A DNA stretch of 64,000 nt, taken from positions 62,001 through 126,000 of IMG/VR virus record IMGVR_UViG_3300032180_000385, one strand, 5' to 3'. Source of the DNA: an uncultured virus (IMG/VR IMGVR_UViG_3300032180_000385). Taxonomy: Duplodnaviria > Heunggongvirae > Uroviricota > Caudoviricetes. Below are positions 37,475 through 47,039 of the stretch, piece by piece (the first letter of the stretch is position 1; every line of letters starts with the position of its first letter). The position numbers and the translations under genes are program-made. Below the pieces are notes generated by a model. The model was not told where the DNA came from, ran no database searches, and was given only the letters and a program-made list of their open reading frames with translations.

Positions 37475-40159
37475 TCACCGTGCCCGTTTCCGTTACCATT
37501 CATTGATCCGGCCAGGACTGACCGCTCCGCATCGGACGGTATCCACGCCCCAACGTATTCAGGCTCGACCTTTTCCGCACGAGCCCGTCCTTCACGCGCC
37601 AGCGCCCGCAGGACAGCTATCAGACCATCCGTGGACAGATCTCCGGCATCTCGCGTCTTCGTCAGAACGGCTGCAAGCAATGATGCGGGAGATTTCGCAG
37701 ACGGCTCAATATTAGGCTGCGCGATACCTTCCTGCTGAAGCTTTTCCAGCCGGTCTGCGGCTAGGTCCATCTCCAGCGTAATCTGGGGAAGCATGGAGTT
37801 CGGAATGCCGCGAATAGAGTGAGCCATCGCGACCATGACATCCGCCGGGATAACCTCATTGCCTGCCCCGCCTGGAAGTGGCCCCATGTCTTCCTTCTCG
37901 CGAATCTCGTCGATGGTCAGGATCCCCGTGTCCCGCTGAGACTCGTAGATCTCCGTCCGGGTCTTCAGATCAGTCTTCAGCAGCGCGTCAGAATTAAAGC
38001 GAACGTACCGGTTAGCGGGAATAATATCGAAGAACGCGGTCTCTAGCCTAACCATCCACGGACGCAAGGATTCAATGACCTGAAGGGTACTCATCTCTAC
38101 CGTGTTGCCAGTAAAATAGCAGGTGCCGTTCCGACGCGCATACCAAGACTTACTTGGCGTACTTACACACCATACAAGATCTGTAACCTCGTCGGTCACG
38201 TACTCCGGATGACCCTTCGGCTTACGCCACGGTGAAATCTGAATCGGCATAACATACATACCATGCTTATTCGGTCCCCGTACCACGCCCGAGCGTCCAG
38301 ACAGTGCGCAGGCAACCTGGAACGCATCAAGCCGCGCTTTATCCTTCTGTGCCATCGTCCAACTTGCGGCATGCCGAGAGCCATCAGCATCGAGGGACGT
38401 TTGAATGAAAAGCTCAAGCTGTGCCCTGGTAAGCTGGCTCAGAAATTCCGTAGAAACTACCTTAGCAGGAGCATGCTTTGTCAGCACCTGCCCAGCTTGC
38501 GCGTTCAACCTGAAATGCACGTGCCCCCGCTCGTCCAGGTCTTCCTGCCATGCCGGACCGCCATCGTGCTGTCCCGTAAGACCATTTCGCAGATTTCGCA
38601 CCACACTCGCGTGTGAACCGCACTTCCGAGCTATTCCCCGATTCGTCCCACTCGGATCACGAAGTAGCTCAACCCGGATAAGATCCCGCTTCTTCCGCCC
38701 ACGCCCGCCTAGCAACGAAACGCCACGCTCTACAGCACTTGGCCCAAACATCTCCGTCAGCGCTGCCCTAATCCGCATTACGTTCAGCGGGTTCACTCGC
38801 TCCGACTGAGCAATTGTCACGGCACCTGATTCCCCGATCCATCCCTCTGTCCAGAACCAAGCCACCAACTCAGCTAGTGCGTCCGACCACTTCGGCTCTA
38901 CCGGAGTCACAACCGGAGCCGCCGCGCAGACCCGCGAATTAATCGGCATAGTTTCTGTAGTTCGCCACTGGTAACCTTCGTTTCTGCGCCTTTCCCCAGA
39001 CAACATCACAGGCCAACGATGATTTGGCGTGGTTACCGACGAATGTGACAGGTTCTCCAGGCGGATAACCGGATAAGACGCGTCATCAAAAACATGTACC
39101 TTTTGAACTGGCTGCCATTCAGCCATACCCGTTTCAGTATTCAGTCCAAGACAAGTGTCCCCGGCAAGCACCTGATCGTGCCTCAGCCAACCGCGCAAGG
39201 TTAGGATTTCCGTCTCAGCATCAGCGCAGTTGTAGGTTAGACTGTCAGCCCTTTTCCCGCCAACGCGATCCGGAGGAAGCCCATAAATGGCAGCAAGCTG
39301 GGTAGCGCTAAACTGCTGACTCTCGATGAATTGAGCTTCAGACGGCGGAACTGTTATCGGCTTGTATTCCCAGTCTCGACCGTAGACGAGTGGCGTATGG
39401 TTCCGGATCGCATCGACTAGCTGCTCCTTGATCTGGTCAGACGCATCCTTATCCACTTCCAGCTGATTATTCTGAAAGGTGCCTGGTGGAAAACCACCGG
39501 AAGCGAACCAGTCGTTGCCAAACCGCTGGGCTTCCGTTCCCGACGAGATCGTCAGCATGAAATGCCGTAGCGGAGAAATACCCTCCGTACGGCCGGGGAG
39601 CGTAAATGCCCGGATATGAAAAAGCTCGTCACGCCAGTTTTCAATCAACCGTCCGTAGACGTACACCCGGGTACGAAGGGGATTCCATGGCTGCTGCGGG
39701 TCATCAATGACGTTAACCATGTCCGGCGGAATCCAATCGATTCCAGTCGGGTAACTAAAGCCATCGCGACCGGTGACGAAACCCCAGGCGTTTCCGTGCA
39801 GGAGCAGTGATGTCATGCACTGGTACACCCAGTCAAAGGTGTTCGCGCTGACTGATGGCCGATCAAAAATAGACGGTCCCCAGTACCTGGCCGCAACGCC
39901 ACCGCCGGGGGCTCGTGTGTAAAGCTTGATTGGCAGGCTGGCGAGAGATTCGGCTAGCAACCGGACGCAGGAATAGAGTGCCGGAAGACCGAGTGCCTGA
40001 TCCTGGCCGTAGAACGCCCGGGACGGATGAATCGGCCCACCTTGCGAAAATTTGAAGTAAATAGGGTGAATCCCATGGACGAATTAATCGCCATGGAACT
40101 CCGCCGATAACGCGCTGCTCAACACTTCTGTCAGCCAAGATGCGATCAAGGAAACCCAT
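37468..40159 (-). CDS. portal protein (HK97 family) with an intein; 5' end frameshifted near 40060
   Basis: ALYSCVRLLAESLASLP, LLLHGNA, ELFHIR...GISPL, EAQFIES...IYGLPP, GILTIDEIR; N-terminal MGFLDRI...EQR lies in a different frame. Confidence 0.9.
38104..39228 (-). mobile_element. intein with LAGLIDADG-like endonuclease (375 aa) in the portal
   Basis: TYN|CADAETEILTLRGW...TTPNHRW...WFWTEG...LDADG...YFTGN|TVE. Confidence 0.9.
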
Positions 40160-40200
40160 AACCCCTACCACCTCCCTCCGCCTACTGCTAGAATGGAACT

Positions 40201-40893
40201 ATGGGTAGAGGGACGCCGGACCTGGCAGATCAAAAATTCGGGCGCCTGCGGGTGCTGACGCGAGACTGGGACGCTCCTGGTCCACATGCTCAATGGCTGT
40301 GCTGGTGCGACTGTGGCACGATGACTTCGGTAGCTAGCAGCGCTCTGCGCTCGGGTGCAACACAAAGCTGCGGCTGCCTGCACAGTGAACGAACGGCAAC
40401 ATCGAACGCAGCTCGCGCAGGCTATAGCGCGCCTATCCGCAGGAACACAAAGCCCCGACCTAGCTTGGCTGACCCAACAGTATGGCGCAGTAGCTCCCGA
40501 TCCTACGGAAGCTGGATTAACATGATTCGCCGTTGCACGCACATGAACGATCCGCGATACCCCGAATGGGGTGGACGAGGTATCACTGTCTGCGAACGCT
40601 GGTTGTCCTTCGACAATTTTCTGGCCGATATGGGAGAACGTCCGCCTAAAATGTCCCTGAACAGAATCGATAACAACGGGAACTACGAACCCGAAAACTG
40701 CAACTGGGCTACATCTCATGAGCAACAGATGAACACCAGGAGCTTTAAACTGATACCCGAAGTGGTAGCCGAGATCAAACGTCTCCGCACAACTGGACTG
40801 ACACTGGACGCGATTGGAACGAAGCTCAACCTGCATCGCAATACTGTGTCGCGAGCCCTGAGCGGGAAGACGCGGCAGCGTAGCGGTAAGTAG
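40201..40893 (+). CDS. HNH endonuclease, antisense, inserted between the portal leader and the portal start
   Basis: FGRLRVL...WLCWCDCG...SCGC, YGSW.NM..RC...[19 protein letters not shown]...[26 protein letters not shown]6-ATG. Confidence 0.9.
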   Translation: MGRGTPDLADQKFGRLRVLTRDWDAPGPHAQWLCWCDCGTMTSVASSALRSGATQSCGCLHSERTATSNAARAGYSAPIRRNTKPRPSLADPTVWRSSSRSYGSWINMIRRCTHMNDPRYPEWGGRGITVCERWLSFDNFLADMGERPPKMSLNRIDNNGNYEPENCNWATSHEQQMNTRSFKLIPEVVAEIKRLRTTGLTLDAIGTKLNLHRNTVSRALSGKTRQRSGK

Positions 40894-40960
40894 CTTTGAC
40901 CTACCGTTCACCTGCTCGACTTGCCTCACCTGACAACAGACCCTTCGCTGGAACGAGGGC

Positions 40961-40982
40961 CTGGCTCCGACGCTGGCCGCAG
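40961..40982 (-). promoter_or_regulatory. late-leader hairpin motif, copy h (portal leader)
   Basis: TACTCT-N14-CTGCGGCC-AGCGTC-GGAGCCAG. Confidence 0.65.
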
Positions 40983-41081
40983 GCACTATTGGCTACAGAG
41001 TACGTCATGGACGCCGTTCCGCAAACCATTCTAGGCACTTATCTCGGATCAGCGACGCTTACAGACTTTACGATACAGTCT

Positions 41082-41384
41082 TTAAACTTTGCTGTTGTCC
41101 TGAGATCGCGACCCGGCTGCCGCCTGCCGAACTGACTTTTCGGTCTGCCGAACGTCCCACCCGGTACCATCCCGCCAGCCACGGCGTACCGCTATCGCAA
41201 AAATAACCAGGCCGTTATGCCACACCCATAGCGCACCGATGACAAGCACAAGCCACACGCGCCCCAATACAAAACCTGGAACCCAGCAAAGCCAGAGAAC
41301 CACGGCAAGAACTATCTGCGAAAACCTGACCTTCTTAGCGCGGACCGTAATCTCGCTCAGCGGCAGAAACTTCAGCGTTGTCAT
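41082..41384 (-). CDS. small membrane protein between terminase and portal
   Basis: Long hydrophobic/Trp-rich segments; ATGA coupling to TerL. Confidence 0.6.
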   Translation of the reverse strand: MTTLKFLPLSEITVRAKKVRFSQIVLAVVLWLCWVPGFVLGRVWLVLVIGALWVWHNGLVIFAIAVRRGWRDGTGWDVRQTEKSVRQAAAGSRSQDNSKV

Positions 41385-43129
41385 ACCGGCATCCTAAGGC
41401 AGATGTTCTCCGCTAAGCGCACAGAGCTGAGAAGGTCGTAGCCGCGCCTCTTCTTCCCGAGCGCCCAGCTAGCCAGGGTAACGGCAACGATCGGCGTAAT
41501 ATCAGCCTCGCTGTCGCGTCGTGACCAGCCGCGCCCGCCATCTCCGATCTGCCGGGTTTCGGCACTGCCGATCGCAGACCACAGCACAGGTGCCTGCTCC
41601 CTGCCGAGATGAATGACCTGGCGATCACGGATGCCGGTGACAATCTGAGCAAATGCAGCAGCCTCATCAGCACTGCCGGCCGCCAGCACTTCAATCCCTG
41701 CCTGCTCTGCCGCGTCAATCAGCCCGGCCGCCGGTCCGTTCTTCGGAATGCAGACAGCAGCAGGATGGTACTCGCGGTTCAGCTCGACAAGCCGGGGGAT
41801 GACCCAGTCCGTACCCTCGCGAGAGCAGCCGCGGGGGATCTCCAGCACCGTTCGATACCTCGTCCTCGGTGGTGACAGAGGAAATTTTTCCTCGAGCTTC
41901 GGCTCTGGCCGTTCCCAGGCCGCTCCGATAGTAGTGACAGTCATCTCCGGGTTGACATCAACCGCGAAGGCCAACGGTCGGACCGCACCACCGGGATCTC
42001 CCAGGGCACACTGACTCCAGGCTTCTTCGGAGACGACCGCCCAGGCTTCCTCTTCGGCCGGCCAGTCGCCAACGCTGAGGATCTCACGGTCAAACTGCGC
42101 CATGGTCATCGTCGCGAATTCCTTGGCCGTCTGCTCATAGCTGATCCTGGTACCCAGGGCAGGATTCGCCTTCGCCCAGGATCGCGGGTCATCCCGGTCA
42201 TCATGTCGGTCGCAGACGATGTACCGATTGGTCTTCCGGCCAAGCACCTCATCGCGCGGGCAGGTATCGAGGTGCGGGTCGATCGACCACTCGGCACCCA
42301 TCAGCGTCTGATCTTGACGCATGATCCGGCGCCGGACGAGGGCAAGCTGAATGCTATCGTGGTAGCCCGCTGAAGCGGTATAAATGACCTGCGGATTAGG
42401 AACCGCGCGCATGGTCGGCAAAGACGCCCCAACTTGCTCATCGGTCAAAAACATTGCCTCGTCATAGACGACCGTATCAGCTGTGAAACTTCGCCCGGAA
42501 CCGCGAGAGCGAGCCAGAAAACGAAGTCGGCTACCAACGCTACGCCGAATCATCTTGCCGCCTTGTCCAAAGATAAGCGTCGGCGCTGGCTTCAACTCGA
42601 TTGACTCTTCACCATGACTGGTAATAACCCGGTGAACGCGCCTTCTCAGCTCATCATAAGCGGAGATAGTATCCTGAACCCGGCGGAAATGCTCAGCAGC
42701 AGCCTTGAACTCATGCGCGGTATGAATAATCATCCGCTCGCCGAATACAAAAAGCCCGCCTATCTCCCGAACTTCCAAATTTTGGTTCTTACCGTTCTGC
42801 CTGGCAACAATTGCAGCGTTCTCAAAAGCAGCCCACCTTCCATCAGGCTTAGTCCCGCAGCATTCGCCGAGCCACCATTCCTGCCATTCATCAAGGCTGT
42901 ACCCGACGGTAGGAGCCCAGTCCAGTAGCTCTTCCGATGCGTGGTTCCCGCAACCTGACTGGTACCCGTTCTGCTTACCGCGCCAGCACGCCCCGCACTT
43001 CGGGTCGATCTCCCGATGCCTGGGGGGAGCGGTCCAGAACCGCGGCATCTGGCTGCCGACTAGCTGACCGTGCAGGATCGACCCGTCGGGCAGGTAAACG
43101 TCAGGCACCGCGACGAGGTGAACGCTCAT
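41381..43129 (-). CDS. terL: terminase large subunit
   Basis: LDEWQ, Walker A VARQNGKN, HTAHEF, Walker B VVYDEA, YTASAG, WAKANPALG, nuclease FAVDV and DITP.VA.TLA. Confidence 0.95.
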   Translation of the reverse strand: MSVHLVAVPDVYLPDGSILHGQLVGSQMPRFWTAPPRHREIDPKCGACWRGKQNGYQSGCGNHASEELLDWAPTVGYSLDEWQEWWLGECCGTKPDGRWAAFENAAIVARQNGKNQNLEVREIGGLFVFGERMIIHTAHEFKAAAEHFRRVQDTISAYDELRRRVHRVITSHGEESIELKPAPTLIFGQGGKMIRRSVGSRLRFLARSRGSGRSFTADTVVYDEAMFLTDEQVGASLPTMRAVPNPQVIYTASAGYHDSIQLALVRRRIMRQDQTLMGAEWSIDPHLDTCPRDEVLGRKTNRYIVCDRHDDRDDPRSWAKANPALGTRISYEQTAKEFATMTMAQFDREILSVGDWPAEEEAWAVVSEEAWSQCALGDPGGAVRPLAFAVDVNPEMTVTTIGAAWERPEPKLEEKFPLSPPRTRYRTVLEIPRGCSREGTDWVIPRLVELNREYHPAAVCIPKNGPAAGLIDAAEQAGIEVLAAGSADEAAAFAQIVTGIRDRQVIHLGREQAPVLWSAIGSAETRQIGDGGRGWSRRDSEADITPIVAVTLASWALGKKRRGYDLLSSVRLAENICLRMPV

Positions 43130-44246
43130 GACTCAGCCCAGGCACTCCTTGTCCGAAGGTTGCCTGGCTCCGGTTCCGAGAGGAACGGCCGCAGGATAAC
43201 GCTAGTTTAAACCCCATCAAGGCACGAGCCTCATCGATGGTCATCATCCCCCGGTTAATCTTAACCATAATCCGTGCCAGTGCTCGGCCGAATTCCTGGT
43301 CCGGCTCGGGCAGCTCGCCGCGTCGCACGGTCCCATCGGGCAGAAAGACATCCGGTACGACAACAAGATGCGCAGCCATGGCTCAGACCCCGTTGCCACT
43401 AATAAGACTGACCTGGTTCGTCCGGCAGACCGGCATGCCCACAAGAGCATCCAGATACAGGGACCTCCGGAAAGACGAATCTGAAAACTGTGAACTCATG
43501 AAATTAAACGGAAGGGGCGCGGAAAGGAAGCCCGGAATGATCCCGGCTGTCAGGGCAGGCTCATATGTGTACTCGCCACCGCCCCCGCCCGCAGGCAGCT
43601 CGCCACGTCGCACAGTCCCATCGGGCAGAAAGACATCCGGTACGGCAACAAGCCTCATGACCATTGTTCCTCGCTGAGCAGAAGAATCTGAGCCTCATGA
43701 TAAGTAATCCACCCATAACTGAGTGCTGTCTTAACTTGCCTTATACGCCGCTCCCTGCTCGTCTCAGGTGGCTTCCCGCGCCGCACAGACCCATCCGGCA
43801 GGAAGACATCGGGCACAGCGACAAGACGAATGGTCATGCCAGATCACTCATCTGGGTCTTGAGTTTTTCCATGATCGCAGCCTGGCTTTTCAGTGTCTGT
43901 TGCAGCTTGTCCGCAACCTCCGTTACCGCCGCAATAGCCATGATGATCTGACACATCTGAGGTACCCGATGCTTTCGCTGCTCCAGCCAGTCGGCCAGAT
44001 CACCACGCCGCGCTGTGCCATCGGGCAGGAAAACATCGGGTACGGCAACGAGGCGAACGGTCATAACTCTCTTCGCCCCTTGCTGATCCGAAATGTCGGC
44101 TCAAAGCCAGCCTCAACGAGCAAATTCTTGAAGACAGCCAGTCTCCCGAGCCGATGTTTCCACTTGTAAGGCAACGCCTGCTCCCCATGCAAAACGGTAC
44201 CGTCGGGCAGGAAAACATCGGGTACGACAACGAGGTGAACGGTCAC
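43101..44246 (-). repeat. tandem array of five mini-ORFs (44061-44246, 43834-44064, 43655-43837, 43383-43664, 43101-43379), each starting with a copy of the TerL N-terminal ~22 codons
   Basis: MxxxLV[AV]VPDVFLPDG[TS]xxxG at every start; TerL itself starts MSVHLVAVPDVYLPDGSILHG. Confidence 0.85.
43164..43194 (-). promoter_or_regulatory. late-leader hairpin motif, copy i (terL leader)
   Basis: TAAACT-N9-CTGCGGCC-[GTTCCTCTCGGAACC]-GGAGCCAG, then AAGGAG. Confidence 0.65.
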
Positions 44247-44530
44247 TGCGACGCTGCCCCCGCAAGACGCTTCTCCCGCCGCGCCCGGATCTCATCTGTC
44301 TGATCGCCCTTCACCTCGCCAGGCGCCATCTTCCGAAGCTGGTCGAGAGACAACCGGACCTCCCGAGCGAACCCGGCCGCATCACGCGGAGCGAGACCGC
44401 CTTCATCCAGGATCCTGGCAGCATGGAGTGCTACAGCGGCTACTCCGCCGCTTCGCATCTTCACCGGCAGCTCCAGCAGATCGGAGAGTACCGCCGTCTC
44501 GATCGGTCCGCAGTACTTAGAAGTTGTCAT
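44243..44530 (-). CDS. terS: terminase small subunit (actinophage type)
   Basis: Helical protein ending ARILD...A...RE.R..L...DEIRARREKR; upstream of terL. Confidence 0.65.
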   Translation of the reverse strand: MTTSKYCGPIETAVLSDLLELPVKMRSGGVAAVALHAARILDEGGLAPRDAAGFAREVRLSLDQLRKMAPGEVKGDQTDEIRARREKRLAGAASQ

Positions 44531-44983
44531 TCCTCATCATCGTCCTTACCGCAGCATTCCCTGCGTTCCCAGCCTCCGTCGCCATCCGTGATACGCTATG
44601 AGAACCCAGGAGCAAGAGTGTCCATGTCCCTCACGATACCCCCAGAAAGTCGTCATGACCCTCGTAACTATCCGGATTCTCTGGATGGACGACAAGAAAA
44701 CCACTCTGAAGGATGTCACCACCAGCGTGCGCGAAGGCGTCCTGCACGTCCATCGGTACCGTGACAATAGCATCATCCACGAGTGGCACCTCCCCATCGC
44801 CAACATCCGGTGGTGGACACCTGTACGAAACGGCGATCCGGAGCCTACCCTAGAGACATAAAGAGCTACTGCCATGCCTGCCATACCTGGGCTTCACTCG
44901 ACCTCGCCTGGATGTGCTCACCGTGCTCCGCCGGCTGGTACGCCCGGCCCCGTCGCTCTGCCCTACTGATGGAAGAGTCACTC

Positions 44984-45697
44984 ATGCCCTTGCTCCTCGA
45001 CGGCTGCTGTGGTGCAGGAGGTGCCGCACGGGGGTACACCGAGGCCGGATTTGAAGTCTGGGGTGTCGACAGCAACCCGCGGCTCGAACGGGACTACCTC
45101 GCCTCCGGTGCCACCCGGTTCTTCTGCGCAGACATCCTCGAAGTCCTGGAAGACCCGTTCTTCCTTCGCAGCTTCGACCTCGTCCACGTAAGCCCGCCTT
45201 GCCAGGGCTACTCAAAAATGTCAAATTGCCGACCGGGACTCGCTGACAGGTACCAGAAACTGATCAGCCCAGTACGCGACCGGCTGGAAGCAAGCGGCAA
45301 GCCCTTCGTCATCGAGAACGTCTCCGGTGCCCGCCCGTGGCTTCGCGATCCGGTAACGCTGTGCGGGGAGATGTTCGGCCGCCGGGTCTACCGGCACCGG
45401 CTGTTCGAGCCCGGCGGAGGACTCACGCTGTCAGCGCCTGTGCCCGGACAACTAAGACAGCTCGCTGAAAAGCAACCTAACAGGGAATGCGGCTGGGTGC
45501 ACCCCGTAGCGGCGGCGAAGGCCGGGCACTGGCGGCCAGGCGCGTACGTATCGGTAAGCGGACACGAAAGGAAAGAACCCGTCCGCGAAGCGATGGCTAT
45601 TGACTGGATGAGCAATCGGGAAGACATCAAGGAAGCAATCCCCCCATACATGAGCAACTTTCTAGGACTTCAAGTACTAGAACAACTAACAGCATAG
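44984..45697 (+). CDS. short C5-cytosine DNA methyltransferase-like protein
   Basis: LLDGCCGAGGA..GY..AGF.V.GVD, SPPCQ, IENV, RHRLFE, EAIPP. Confidence 0.8.
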   Translation: MPLLLDGCCGAGGAARGYTEAGFEVWGVDSNPRLERDYLASGATRFFCADILEVLEDPFFLRSFDLVHVSPPCQGYSKMSNCRPGLADRYQKLISPVRDRLEASGKPFVIENVSGARPWLRDPVTLCGEMFGRRVYRHRLFEPGGGLTLSAPVPGQLRQLAEKQPNRECGWVHPVAAAKAGHWRPGAYVSVSGHERKEPVREAMAIDWMSNREDIKEAIPPYMSNFLGLQVLEQLTA

Positions 45698-45708
45698 GAG
45701 TTAACCAG

Positions 45709-46359
45709 ATGATGCGAGACGTCCAGATGGAACTAGGGCGTGCTATCAGATTTATTGACGGCGCTCCCGACATTACCGGACTGCCTTGCGATAAAATAGA
45801 ATCGGAAGAAGCGGGGGAGTACATGCGCCGCTATCATCTAGAATTTTCTCGGGACCGCTGCATCCGCTTCCATCACATACTAACCTCTGACCCCGAGATT
45901 GACCTGCATGATCATCCTTGGGATTTTGCATCAGTCATGCTAGCTGGTTCCTACGTCGAAATTACCCCTGACGGGCCGGTAACGTACGAGGCTCCGTGCG
46001 TCATCACCCGGACAGCCAGGCAGCTGCACCGCCTAGTGCTAGCCGAACCTGTGTGGACCTACGTCATCTGCGGCAAGGTTCAACGCAAATGGGGTTTTGC
46101 TACTGACCATGGGTGGGTGCCCTGGGATCAGCACGGGAATACCCGCGACACCAGCTCCTGCGGAAACTTAATGCACCTTACCGTACGAGAAAAAGCCCTC
46201 ATCGCTCATTCTCTCCGGGCGACCGCCGCAAACCTTGACCAAGAAGCCAGATCACATAGATTCAGGCACGGTCGGTGGGCAGAACACCGTACGGCTCTTC
46301 ACGAAGAAGCACACGAACTGCGCGAGCTAGCCGAAAGATTCGAAAACGGAAAACCGTAA
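45709..46359 (+). CDS. cupin-like metal-binding protein
   Basis: FHHILTSD...LHDHPWDF.S..L.G.Y.E...HRL...WGF. Confidence 0.6.
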   Translation: MMRDVQMELGRAIRFIDGAPDITGLPCDKIESEEAGEYMRRYHLEFSRDRCIRFHHILTSDPEIDLHDHPWDFASVMLAGSYVEITPDGPVTYEAPCVITRTARQLHRLVLAEPVWTYVICGKVQRKWGFATDHGWVPWDQHGNTRDTSSCGNLMHLTVREKALIAHSLRATAANLDQEARSHRFRHGRWAEHRTALHEEAHELRELAERFENGKP

Positions 46360-46367
46360 CCCGTAGA

Positions 46368-46559
46368 TCAGAGTAGCAAGTTCGCAGGATCTATTCCCTC
46401 TCGGAGACGAGCAGCGATGGCGCGGCGTTCCTCCGCAATCTTGCGCAGCCGATCACGCTCCCGTTGCTTCTGCTGCCGTGCAGCCCGGTCAGCAAGGCGC
46501 GCAGCCTGCTCATCAAGCGCACCAGCAGCCATCAGCCGGTCAAATTCTGTTATCTCCAC
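46368..46559 (-). CDS. hypothetical coiled-coil protein
   Basis: AAGGA RBS; charged helical ORF. Confidence 0.4.
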   Translation of the reverse strand: MEITEFDRLMAAGALDEQAARLADRAARQQKQRERDRLRKIAEERRAIAARLREGIDPANLLL

Positions 46560-46802
46560 GAATAATCCTTCTAGTAACCAAGCGGGCCAACAGCCGTGCT
46601 AGTCTCTTCGTCGTAACTGCCAACGGCTTCCTTCAGGTCATTCTTATCCTGCTCGCTCATCTTCTTCCACTCCTTGGAGAAGTCTCCTGGCTTCATCCCA
46701 AAGTAGGCCATAACCGCGCTCATACCTGTCTTCACTGCCATATCTCTTTCCCTCTTCCTTTCACTGATCTGAGCCGATCCAGCTCACCCGCCATCACAAG
46801 CC

Positions 46803-47027
46803 TTACCACGGGCGCTCCTCGAGAACACGGAGATCAGCCTCATTCTCCCAGACGGGCGGATACTGCGCCTGATGCCAGCGGACAAGAACCGATCCATCAT
46901 AGGGCTGATCTGGGTCCGGCCCTTCCACGCCAATCCAGGTGGTGTTCACCGTCTGCCCCTGAACACCGACAACGAGTCCAGTGTCATGCGTGTCAAGGTG
47001 CTCGACGTATGCGTGATAAGCGATCAC
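46803..47027 (-). CDS. hypothetical protein (SH3-like beta)
   Basis: G.QGQTV...VLVRW...WENEADL. Confidence 0.4.
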   Translation of the reverse strand: MIAYHAYVEHLDTHDTGLVVGVQGQTVNTTWIGVEGPDPDQPYDGSVLVRWHQAQYPPVWENEADLRVLEERPW

Positions 47028-47039
47028 CCTAGCCTCTTC

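Noticed and set aside
43101..44246. CRISPR-like or DGR repeat array
   Set aside because: The repeats are in-frame coding starts with synonymous variation; no reverse transcriptase or adenine-specific variation is seen.
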